DNA of 63,814 nt, the filler included, from Phoronis australis (Eukaryota; Animalia; Phoronida): the NCBI GenBank assembly GCA_002633005.1. It is 5 parts of 5 records of this genome, joined end to end, with 100 filler letters (N's around TTAATTAATTAA, not from the genome) between each part and the next. Parts side by side here need not be neighbours in the genome. Positions count along the whole stretch, not along the records: positions 1 to 27,991 come from NMRA01000030.1; 4 more parts are not named here. One strand, given 5' to 3'. Below the pieces are notes generated by a model. The model ran no database searches. It was not told the origin of the DNA and saw nothing but the letters and a program-made list of their open reading frames with translations. The position numbers and the translations under genes were made by a program. Positions 12,901 to 24,886 of the stretch are shown piece after piece. Positions within the stretch are counted from its first letter, which is position 1. Each line of letters begins with the position of its first letter.

Positions 12901-15659
12901 GGTACATGCACTTCAATTCAGCATAAGTCAGATTTCAACAACGCTAACTTAATCCATCAATTCAGTTGGATCAGACATTTAGTGACACACAATTATGTTA
13001 CTAGTACATTTATATTGACAACCCCCTCCCGCCACAACATAAATATGACAAAACTCAATGGTCGTAAACTCTATCTGCCCTGTCCTACATACCCAGGCAT
13101 TTATACACTGTAAGTATCAGAAGACCATTAACAAAACGGAATATAAAAATGATGGTTTTCCTCTGGTAAGACAATTACATATTTTAAAAGCTTGCCAGGC
13201 TACATAACATTTATCTCATTTCTTGAGATCTATAGAAACAACCCATCTACCGTCCCAATATAACATTGTGGGGTGTAGCATTCTTGGGTATCCCGTCCTT
13301 CGATCCTGCCCTATTCCTAATGACTTTATTAATAAATCTTCGAATTGGTGTCCACGCTGTAAAAATGTACAGCTATTAATCTTGTAGTCACTTTTTGTGT
13401 TTCTTCGTAGCTAGAAAACAACAGATATCTTGGAGAGAATAAAATCACTAAACCCTTAAAGATATATGGGACTAAGAAGGAAAGTCAAGCAAAGACCATG
13501 AAACATCGACTTGAGTAGGTGTTCTAGGGACCAAATTAAGTTGAACAATATTGTTTCTGCGATTGGATTCTCACCCACAAAATCATTTTATTTCAGTTTG
13601 AATTTTTAAACCTTGAAAGACCAAATATCATTGATTCCGGGTTATACTGGAAATCAAACTTTATTTTTGATGTTTTCTGCTATAACTAAAGATAAATGTC
13701 ACGACCCTTTAATTCAGTGCTCAAGCATGCAATGATTTTCTTGGATGATTTTCTTAAAATCCTAGTTTGCACTTGATGATCCTAACATTAAAGCTATGAA
13801 TTTTTACTTGAAACCCGGTGTTGCTACCAATATTGGTTTCTAAATACTACACAGTACACACGCATCACGAATAACATGGTTCATCCTGAGCAAGATGGCG
13901 GACCACTCCGCTCAACGAAAACCATGTGATGTCAACTCCAGCTATATTTATCTCATTGGTCGCAGCAGTAGGTTATTTCTTTACGTGGCACCCACTGGAG
14001 CACATATTAGTAATGCAGTTACATGATGGGTTACCAGACGTCACTCTATATGTACGTTCCTGATTGAGCGTGCATTCTGTACTCTATTCCGAAGTCTACT
14101 CTCTATATGACGATTTCCAAGTAATACTGTAGAGTGAGCTACACTCACTCCTCATTACTGCTCCCTTGTCTACTTGTGAGATGATTTAATGTCACTCTTT
14201 GTGCGTGTATCTGGTTTATTGTTCCATGATATGTTCTGTTTTCAATTGTTTATCTTTTTGCGTATATCTGGTTTATTGTTCCATATGTTCTGTTTTCAAT
14301 TGTTTCTTTGTTATCCATGTGTTTGTATCTTATGCTACTATTCATATTTCATACCTTTGTAAATATTTCCTGGCGGACACAACCAAATACGTCTGAACAC
14401 AACTGCTCGATTTGTTACCACTGTCCGCTGTTAAATTTTAAAGTCGCGCTTTCATATCACAAATGCGATAAAGTTGTAGTTGCCTTCGTCTCACGAAAAT
14501 AAGATCCAGCGACTTCGAATGAAAGAATCAGCCAACTATGAGAGGAGTTACACTTCTTTTAAGAGTGAATGTTGCCGAACAGCGTACACTGATAATGTAC
14601 CACTCTGAGTGATTCTGCCGCACGAAAAGAATCGCAACATGATAGATTCACCGGATTTATTTCTAATTTGATTTTTAAACTCTGTTAATATGTCGCATTG
14701 ATTTTCAGTTGTCAAAAGTCAAAAAAGGAAACATGATACACTGTATTTGTGCGCTGAAGCAGTCGTGACGTCATACATGTACGTCATACACGGGTCAACA
14801 TGTTTCGTTATGATGTTATCGCTGTAACAGGGAAAGTCGTTAAATGGACTCGGTACAGCTATGAAGCCAGGAAAGAAGGTATTCGTGAAAATGGCAATCA
14901 GGAAACGTCCAGGGCTGTACCGACCATTTTCAACCGAACAGAGCACACGTTTCCACGTTATTAAATGTGACATCAGACCATTTCATATGATTTTATATGG
15001 CATAGCGGAAGTGTTTAAAGTTATTTTTGCCAAATGTTTATCATATATTTTAATTCTTGTCTCATAAAAAAAGGTGTGAAGTTCTAAAATGAAATTTAAT
15101 TTTCTTCGGCATGTTTAAACTGTTCCAACCGTTAACCACCAAAAACTTGTTCAAAATTGCCACAAACAGGTTGGAATATGCATCTTGTGTTATATGTTGA
15201 AATGTAACACGTTTTATGTTGTTTGCGGTTTTCGTACAGTGTATGCTTTGCTACCAGCTACTTCACTTACTAACTTTCGAGAGGTAAAGAATAATTATCA
15301 TTTCTGTACTGTTGGGATTCTAAATACAATTATACTTTTGTGCGAACCGTCTTTACTGCACTTACATGTAATTATGATTCAACATTAGAATGTTGTTGAC
15401 CGTGCCCAACTTATGTAGCGGTACCAAAATGGCGTAACACCACAATTTGAGTAGCTCTCACTATACAAAGCCTCATTGCAAAGAACCAGTAGAAAAGCAT
15501 AGGCTACGGAAAGGTTTAAAATAGACGCAATCAGCAAACAGATAGGTTAACGGCCGAGCAGCCAGGTTACTTTGGACCAATCTACTGGTTATTTGGTTGA
15601 TAAACACGTTATTTGAGCCGAATAGACATCTTTCTTGTCGGCCGAAAAGGATAGTTTTG

Positions 15660-17388
15660 AACTAGAAAGATTATTGTCAATAATGGACTATGTGCGTGTG
15701 TATGAAACGAATTGTTATGGGAAGTTTCTGACAGCAACCTGTTGACCAATTTGAAAAGGAATTCTCAAAAATTGTAGGAAAAACAACAGGTTAATATTTT
15801 GATGACCTTTTTGATTGACCTCTTTCGGTGCATTATGAGCCCGGATGAGGGAATAATTGTAAGCTCGATTAAAAGTGTGGTTAATGCTAAGAATCACAAA
15901 TGTTTTAGTTTAAACACTTTAGAATACAACATGAATGAATTGGTCAAATTCTCAGATGAAAAATGCTCCTAATGACCTGATAATTTAGTATCCAAACTCA
16001 ATCACATTTACTAAACAGATACGTAATTTTGAAGTCTCTAGCTCAAAATTTTAGTTTGCACTCAATGACCTTCGACCTATTTTTCTGATTGGTTAGAACG
16101 GGCCTATTGCATAGTAAAGTAGCCCGTTCGATTGGCATTGTTACTTACACCAGTGTGCTGAACTTGAAAATAATTCCTTGAAAAATATAGGGGATATAAC
16201 ATTTTCAACGTTAGATGTCCTTTGCACTAATTGACCCTATCCGGTGCATTATAAGCGGCTTTAGGAGAATCATTGCAAAGCCCGTGAAAAGTGTGTTTAA
16301 TGCTGAGAATACCAGTGGTCTAACGGTTGACACATCAGAATAGTTGGTGAATGAAAAGGACAAATTTTCAGAAGAAAAATGCACCTAATGACCCCATGGT
16401 TACACTAAATGACCCGATACTTCGAATTTCAAATTGAATTAGACGTACCAATCAGACTTGTGAACTTGAAGTGTAGCTCAAAATTTTAGTTTGCACTCAA
16501 TGACCTTTGACCTATTTTCTCTGATTGGATGGGCCTATCGCTTTGTAAAGTAAGGTATTTCATTAGCATGTAGTTTTACACCAATGTGCTGGAATTAAAG
16601 AGAATTCCTTGAAAAGTATAGAAGAAATATCATTTTCAAAAGTAGATGACCTTTGCACTAATTGACCCTATGCAGTGCATTACAAGCCGTTTTAGTAGAA
16701 CTATTGCAAAGCCAGTGAAAAGTGTGTTTAATGCTGAAAATCACAGTTGTCTAACAGTTGACACATCAGAATTATTCAAAAGCTTGTGTAAAGTGTATTA
16801 AATGCTGAGAATCACATTTGTTTAACTGTTGGCACATCAGAGTACTTGGTGAATGAAAAGGGCAAATTTTCAGAAGAAAAATGCACCTATTGACCCCATA
16901 TTTGCACTAAATGACCTGAAACTGTAGATTTCGAATTGAATTACCTCTACCAATCAGACCTGTGAATTTGAAGTGTCTAGCTTAAAATTTTAGTTTGCAC
17001 CTAATGACCTTTGACCTGTTTAACCTGAATAGATTACCCGATTACTTAGAAAAGTATTTTTTTAAATTCTTGTTTTGACTTATACCAGTGCACTGAATTT
17101 GAAAAGAATAGCTTTAAATATGAAGAATGAGTATCATTTTGAAAATTACATGACCTTTGCACCAAATGACCTCTTCCGGTGCATTATGGAACATGATTGT
17201 ATAATGAATCAAAATGTATGTACTGCCTGAAATAATATATTAAATTTGAAGAACATGCCTCCAACCATTTTGGAGTTATTAAGTGTCAAAGTTGGTCGGA
17301 AGAAGAATAAGAATAAGATTAAAAATAAGAATAAAATTGAAGAAAACCCAGGAACAACAGTACTCTGCGCGTAAAAGCGCAGAGTAAT
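15660..17388 (-). mobile_element. Non-autonomous Helentron/Helitron2-like element (HINE/pearl-type) with internal tandem repeats
   Basis: Hairpin TACTCTGCGC-GTAAAA-GCGCAGAGTA (17361-17386) next to an (AAGAAT)n-like microsatellite; ~3 internal 440-500 bp repeats rich in TGACCT(T)TGACC; other end (minus strand) has subTIR-like GCACATAGT, palindrome ATTATTG-A-CAATAAT and CTAGTT. Confidence 0.7.
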
Positions 17389-18883
17389 AAGAGGCAGTTA
17401 TAGTCGGTGGGCCAGATCTCATAGTGTTCATCCTTGAGAGTACTTTGGGGGGGTAGTCAGCTAGATAATATACCTATAAATCAAATTCAAAAATTTTCCC
17501 ACGTCTACACTTGCACTTTTTTTTTTGAAAAAAGGTATTTTTCTTGCTCGAAATATTATGCACATTCATGCCACTTGGTGGCGCTTTTCTATTGAATTGA
17601 CCAATCAGAGAGCCAGATTGTATTGTTGTGTTTAGTTACTTCAATATGGCTGCTCCAGTGGAGTGTGATGCCTGTATAATTCAAGGTTTATCAAACAGCA
17701 CAAAATTGTGATGGCAGAACCCGAAGAAGCTTAGAGAAGCATCCTGATGGAAGCTGATGGACTTTGGAACTCTGTAGATCAGTAGATAGAAAAGAAGAAG
17801 AGGTGTCAAACATTTGTGCAGAAAACAGCTGCATGTCCTGCTATAGCCTTTACAGTATACTGCTGTAGAAGACCAAGTACCAAATCAAAAATTGAAGGGA
17901 CATAGAAAGGCGGAGCAATGTTTCAACACACCAGCAGTAATACTGATGCTAAGCTGCTGAAAATGATACAGATGTTACCCAAAATTTCCCAAGAAAATCA
18001 ATAATTTGAGGACAGTTGAAGCCACTGTCCATTTCGTCAAACGTTGGTTACTTTAAGTAAAAATCGATTGACTATGGTATGAGCACCTTTTTCCAAAATC
18101 CCTATTCTGCCGGGGTTCGCTGGATATCATCAATCGGAACTAGTATGGATTTTTAATAGATATGATTTTGTGTATATAAAATTTTTTAGATGCTAAATTT
18201 GCATGCTTCTATTTATTTAAACTGAAAATAAATTTCGCAATCTAAAAGTTGACCATTTTTCTCAGGAGTTCATAGATACGACTTTTTTCACTTTCAAACT
18301 ATATTTAGTTTATCTTGCATATCTGCAACAGATATGTACTACGATAACTGGACACCTTGAGCTCACTTTTATTTTCACGATCACGTAAAAGTTTATCTTT
18401 TGCGAAAATCATTATTGTTACTGTAGCGTGAATCAGCACGCGCAATTACGTATGCGTGATAATTCACGTTCACGTCGCTTTGCGAAACCTCTCTAATTAG
18501 TATTGCCTGACGGATTGAGTCCTCTAGCAGACAAGACAGAGGGCACAGTTGCAACTCAAATAAATACATTTATTTTGTCTACAATACAGAACACCTTCTT
18601 ATTCGAAATGAGCTTTTCTCAAATAACTGAGCTACGAAAAAAGAATTAAATTGAATACTTAATAAGGTAGTGCCCAGAGAATACCACACTTGCGAACGCA
18701 TAAATTGGTCTATCCTATATACATGTATATATAGGATGTACCGCTGATGCCATTCGTTCGAGTGGTCTCTCCTATAGGTTAGACCACTCAAACGAATGCC
18801 ATATCAGTGGTATATCCTATATACATGTATACTTACAGTGCATAGGACAGACCACGCAAAAGAATGACGCGAGTGGTAAACCT

Positions 18884-18896
18884 ACACACACACACA

Positions 18897-18961
<65 letters not shown>

Positions 18962-18982
18962 GCTTGTGTGTGTATATATATA
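18884..18982. repeat. Compound (CA)n(CGCA)n(TA)n microsatellite
   Basis: Directly visible. Confidence 0.95.
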
Positions 18983-21900
18983 TAGGATAGACCAATTAAT
19001 GCAATTCCTTATGTTCTCTTTAAAGAATAGATGACTAACGTACATTATATTGCAGCAGGGTAAAATGTTCTGGAAAGAACCCTGCCTAAATCTGACCGAA
19101 ATTCTGATTGAAGTTTTAAAATAATTGACCACTTCAGAAAATATTCCTGTCTCTTGCGATGAACACAGATGTTCACTTGGAAGCCTAACTTCAATGGAAT
19201 TTTGTTATTTAAGTTGTGTTGGGCTAACCAGATAGTCCTAGCAAAGCCTAAGTAAAATATGAAAACGCGAGTTCAATCACGCAAATGTAAGCCCGTCAAA
19301 GGATAGGTGAAGCTGCCTTTTTGTGCCATGTTGCGTCGCCGGGAGATCCCAGCACAAACAACAAAAGGACGACAGTTGCATTGAATAGGGGTCAACAAAC
19401 ATTGCGTAAGCGGGCAATGGAGAGTGCTGTACTAGCTGATATTGATGCTGCAGCAAGACCGAGAGTAAAATAATTCTTTCCGCAACACGTGGGTCAATTT
19501 TTACGAAATTCGCAAGTTTGAAATCCTTTAGGACTGAAGTAAAATCGCGTGCCACGATTTTTTGATACATATGGACCAGATTTTTAGTTATTAGACGGAA
19601 AGTGACCAAATGACAAAAAGTGGCGTGCTTGCCCCAACTCACACGCAAAAAATGCCGCAAAATCAAGATCATGATGATTTTGTACATATATTTGGTATGG
19701 ATAAATAGAATATTGCGTAAAGAAACAGTTGATGATAATCCATGTGCATTTTGAAAAAAAATCGAGGTAAAATTGGATTTTTTGAAAATTAAAAAATACA
19801 TTTAAAAAAAAGGAACTAAAAAAACATTTATTTCGATTTTTGTCACTTTCAGAGTCATGTCTAACTAGTTAAAACTCCCTTTTTACTCATTTTAGTTAGG
19901 AACCTGGAGATTTGACCAGTGTATACACCTACCTTAAGATTGCTTAATGCTCTATTGTGCAGTAGTGTTATACAACTCGAGTTGTCCCATTGTGTTGCTC
20001 AGAAAAGTTACACAACAGACGTCTAGACATATGAATATACTGGGTCTAGATGCGTGATGTATGTTAACTTAGTCGCCTTACCGACATCACTCAAAGACAG
20101 GAATCTGTGGAGGGCAATAATAATGCAAGTTCAACAGAATCCTTTTCTTAAAGTTACTCTTGAATTCGGGCACTTTTTAAATGGTTGTAATCGACGTCAC
20201 CTGATATTTCAAAACTAGAAAACAACACGCTTTCTTATACTGACAAAGGGAAGTTCTATCGCTATGTAAGTCGGGAGGACCCAATTTTGCAATAAATGTG
20301 ATTTTTATTTCCTCCTCTTGTGGTCAACCATTTTTGCTTTTCAGACAATGAAAAAGTTCACTTTGTCAATGGCGGGTATAGTTTGATAGCCCTCAGTGCC
20401 TAGAATAATCGCACAAGAATGTTACCACAAATAGGCAGCTACATGTTCCCTAATATTTAAACAAAAGAAACCAATCGTGCATGTCCTGATGCTGGTTGAA
20501 TGTAAATAGCCTGTGCATTATCCACAGGTAACGAAATAATACAGCCACTTGAAGGAAATAAATGTGAACGACATGGTTAACAAGAGCAATACGAGACATA
20601 GAAAACAAGGCTTGCGCTGTTGTTTACACGATGTTAGCTGATACAATGTTTCCAGTTACACTGACTTTTTGGTTGATGAAGTGTTTGGGAATATTTTAAT
20701 GCCCAAAAAGATAAAACAATGAATTGTGTTATTAAAGTTAATACCCCTATCTCATGGCAGAAGCTTATGGAATTCACCATGTCAACGAATAGGGTTGAGG
20801 CCAACAGAAAGATTGCGAAATGTGAAATGCTGTCTATACATCAATGGTTTTGAGTAAAGCCAGGGGAGTGGGAATTATCAGGGAGTGGCACTGAAATCAC
20901 AACAATATGTGTTCAAATGGGAGATGTGAATGGCAAACCACTGTGCTAAGGAGATGAGTCGCAAAGCTGAATAAAAATTTAAATAAGAACCTCGTAATTT
21001 TTTATATTTTTCATGATACCGAACAGTTTCATTTTGTAAGCAGCGTGTCATTAATATAAAACATTTAACATTTCAGACGAACTTATGGGTGAAAATCAAA
21101 ACACGCCTGCTTAATTTGCCAGTGCGGGAGGCAGCAGTCAATGCCGACTAGATTTTTTCACAGCTGTTTCAACGATGCCCTAGACTTGTCACCATTATTG
21201 AGATGTTACAGTACTGTTCAATGTCTCCACGTCGAACGAACAGTTTTGCTTTGGACATTTTAAATTAACGAAATGCATTTTGTAAAATGGTACATTTTCC
21301 AAGACAACGAAACATATATTAGGCCCTTCATCTCGTTTCCCATCTGACAACTGTAAATACTACTTACCAGCTGATGGTACAGTAGTCACACTTACCGCAA
21401 TAGTGTTGTAGCGACGGCACTAACCATTTATTAGACTAATACGTAGCGACCCCAACGGATGGAATCATAACTAGTGGCAGTTCACGGCCCGCGAAACAAC
21501 TCTGTACTCAAATATCCGCTACTGACAAATTGTATATTTAATCATCTACTGCTGCCATCACAACCGATTATTGGAAATATCAAAATTAATAATATTGGAT
21601 TAATTATTATTTGTTGTTTAAAATCTAACAAGTCGTGCATCAGGGCTTTTTGCTTTTTACAAGATGTCTCTTGATTCAAACTGGGGAATTGAGTTGCAGT
21701 ACAAATGCACGGTTGTAAGGTATGAATGGATTCAAATTGATCCCAGTTTCAATCGTACATGCTGATGCAATCGTTTGTGTTTTCAATATGTGTGTTTGTT
21801 GCGCGGTGGAAGGTGTCATCTTGATTAAGTGATTACACGTCCTTGCTAATTTTTGTTGATTTCATTTTGTAGTGGGAGGCTACTCGAGAGAACTGCTGGA

Positions 21901-23593
21901 CAGTGAAGAAAACGGTATCGTCTTAGCGCTGAGAGATGCATGTCCATTGAAAAAATTGCTTTTAAATGTTAAATTTCACATGTTTACAATAGTTGTCAAC
22001 ATAATAAAGGCTATCTTCCTAAAACCGCTTTGAGGTAGTGTTGTCATGTGGTAACATCGATTTCTAAAATCCGTTTAGCAAGTGCAGAATACGCAACATT
22101 GGGACATTTTTAGAACGCAAAATGAAAAAAAGCCCATTCGACTGTATTTTTAAATTTGTGCACACAATCAAGATCTATCTATAAACTTAGCTTTCAATGC
22201 CCACTGGCTTGTAGAAGGACTTGAGTGACGCCCACTTTCAACACCACAAAAAGTGCCTCCAGATTTATCTCCCCTCTCACTTGATGGATGCAGCGAAATT
22301 ACCTGTTTCAATTTTGTGGAGCGTCCTTGTGTATGACGTCTTAATTCTATTATCTGCTTTCCCTCATTGCATGCAATTTACCTGTTTTATTGGAATTTTT
22401 TTGGTGTTCGCAAAAACGTGTTATTTTCTTCGCAGCGAAGAAAGTCAATACACTGTAAGGGCAAAATTAATGATTTTTGTATGAGAGAGACACACCATGA
22501 TCACATTCACAAAGTTTAAGTTGAATCCGAAATACATGACCACTAAAGAGATTTTGTCTTTCTTTTGATTTTCCCCTATACTGTTTTGTGTCTAGGGCTA
22601 AGTAATAGTATAAATATCGGTCCCGTGGGCTGTGGCGGACTTCTACGAAATGTGACCAGACGTGCAAAGACATCGTTTTCCAGTTTGGATTTGCGCTCCA
22701 AAATTGAGCACAGAAGAAGAATAAGTCTGTGACGATCCTGAATATATGGATGGTAGGAATGACGTGATTGCAAACTTTAAACGGACTATCCAGTAAATAA
22801 TTTTAAGAAAATACGGGTTTTACCAGACCTTACACTCTCGTCCACCTTAAACACTTGTTTTTCTACTAAATCACATATTCAAAATATGCCAGATATCGTG
22901 GACGTGTGTACGCTCCTTCGCATTCCCGTTATGTGGTTACAAAGCACTTTGGTTTATCCAGTGCATCGCGTGTAGCTTAGGATTAATGCTAATTATCGGC
23001 TCAGCGGCTGGACCTGAAAATGCTAGGCGATTTTTCTAAGTTTTTATGTAATGGCTAAGTTAACCAATTAAAACTGATACGATGATCGTTGACAATAAAA
23101 ACATTTTCATTTCTGCCTCCTTTGGATCTTTCTGAGAAATAAAGGTCTCATGGAATTCTTTATCATGAAAATGTTTAGTCGTGTTCGAAAGACCGACTTA
23201 CGTGTCTCAAAGTTGATTGTTTTCGATAAACATGAAAACACAATGTGAAAATCTGCAATATCATGTTCAGCTTCAATCCCAAATCAATTCAAACCAATCA
23301 AAAATAAAAAGATCACGGATTCACCTGGTATCCAGGCCCCATATTTGAAAGCTTGCCAGACGCTTCAAGTGGATAATATTATGGGTGAAGAAAGGGGTGG
23401 GTTTGTCATCCCCTCTGGACTAAGAAGGCTATCACTTGTACGCACATGTGTCATTATTTTACATCTCTCAAGATAATTTGAACAGTTCATTAGCTAATTA
23501 CCTACCCGGTTGCATCAATAATTCAATCTATCTTTTGCATGAAAAGCACGCTAACACTCAGTGGCGCTAACCTTATTGGTGACGTACTGGACG

Positions 23594-23903
23594 ATGCAGC
23601 AACATGGCATCAACAAGAGGGTTCATTTCATGCTTTTTTGGTCTAGTGCAGTCACATTTTTCCTATTCTCGTCGTGTACACAGTGGGACGGCTGGACTAC
23701 TTTCGCGCCGGGTTTCCGGGTAGCAGGGAGTCAACAGCGAGCAGGCTTCGCGCCTTCAGTCGGAGTCTGTGTTGCCATGTGCTCTCAAGAACGATGCGGG
23801 TGCGCTGGCGCAAATTATGATGCCATGAACAAGCGTTGTTATGTTGCAAGTTTTTTCTGCCCGTATCCTATACAGGATCGCAAAGGATGGTTGCATATTA
23901 CAG
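23594..23903 (+). CDS. Secreted PAN/Apple-like domain protein, first coding exon
   Basis: Hydrophobic leader MLFWSSAVTFFLFSSC, then S..VCVAMCSQERCGCAGANYDAMNKRC...RKGWLH (PAN-type C-x3-C...C...NY...C...GW pattern), ending at a phase-1 donor ACA G|gtaaat. Confidence 0.65.
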
Positions 23904-24649
23904 GTAAATTAAGCTGTTTTATTTTTAAGTAACCATGCCAACATTTTTTTTTGTAAATGATTCAAACAAACCCTTCCACTGATCGCTTACGATATTTTCC
24001 ACCATTGCCTGACGAAACGTCATTTCAGCCTCTGCCTAGATGAAACAGTGGTTAATATCTCTTAGTGACTCAGAAAGGGGGAGTAACATATTGAACTAAA
24101 TTTGACTAATTGGACCTTTATACGCCGAAGCCAATTCGTAGTATGACTATACACGAACATGTACTTATTGGTGTTTACAGATACCATTTTAAAAACCTGT
24201 ATACACTGTAGATATATACAGATTTCCTTTGGCAGTACGGTGGTGCAAATGTCTGACGTGTAAAATCCTGGCTAATACTCTGCCCTGCCCCCCAACTCAA
24301 AATCCTTGATCCGCCCCTGGGGTGGTGACGAAGAATTATTCCTTCAAACTTTTGGAAGAAGAGAAACAACTTGAATGGAAAATGTACGCGCGCTTATAGA
24401 ATTGAATCAAAATTGTTAATTATTAATAAAGATGTCCCCACCTGAAGGCGTCCGAAAAGTGGGACTGCCTATATTAACATAAGTGCGGCCTCGTTTTTAG
24501 CCGCTTTCAGGTGGTGCGCCCTTTATTAATATAAGGACCCCAAGGTCGCCTACAGGGGCCCTCAGTTTTCATACTAGAAAATAGATTTCTTGGCTATATG
24601 CCTTGGATAAGAGTAAGTCACTTTAGGTTTGTCTCAAGCCTTATTTAGT

Positions 24650-24822
24650 ATCCGTGTCTTCGAGTCCTACTAGGGCACACTGCTAGGTCCTCGAGACTGG
24701 TCTCTAGCTCCTCGGTTTTAACTATATATTGATGAAGCATAAAAATGGTTCCAGGTGATCAGGGAAATGGGCACACCTGAGCGGCCTCAGGGTTCTTCTG
24801 GTGCAATGTGTGCCAGACTACC

Positions 24823-24885
<63 letters not shown>
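24650..24885 (+). mobile_element. 5'-truncated copy of the same SINE family with a (TG)n tail
   Basis: Shares TTCGAGTCC..CACACTGCTA..TCTAGCTCCTCGG..AAGCATAAAAAT..TTCCAGGTGATCAG..AATGGGC with the 34265 copy. Confidence 0.75.

Positions 24886-24886
<1 letters not shown>

Noticed and set aside
19277-19801. 174-aa minus-strand ORF
   Set aside because: No motif or splice support; composition typical of non-coding repeat interior
24001-24056. Hammerhead ribozyme (CTGACGA...GAAAC); similarly CTGATGA at ~275
   Set aside because: Could not form stems I/II and the NUH site in a valid topology
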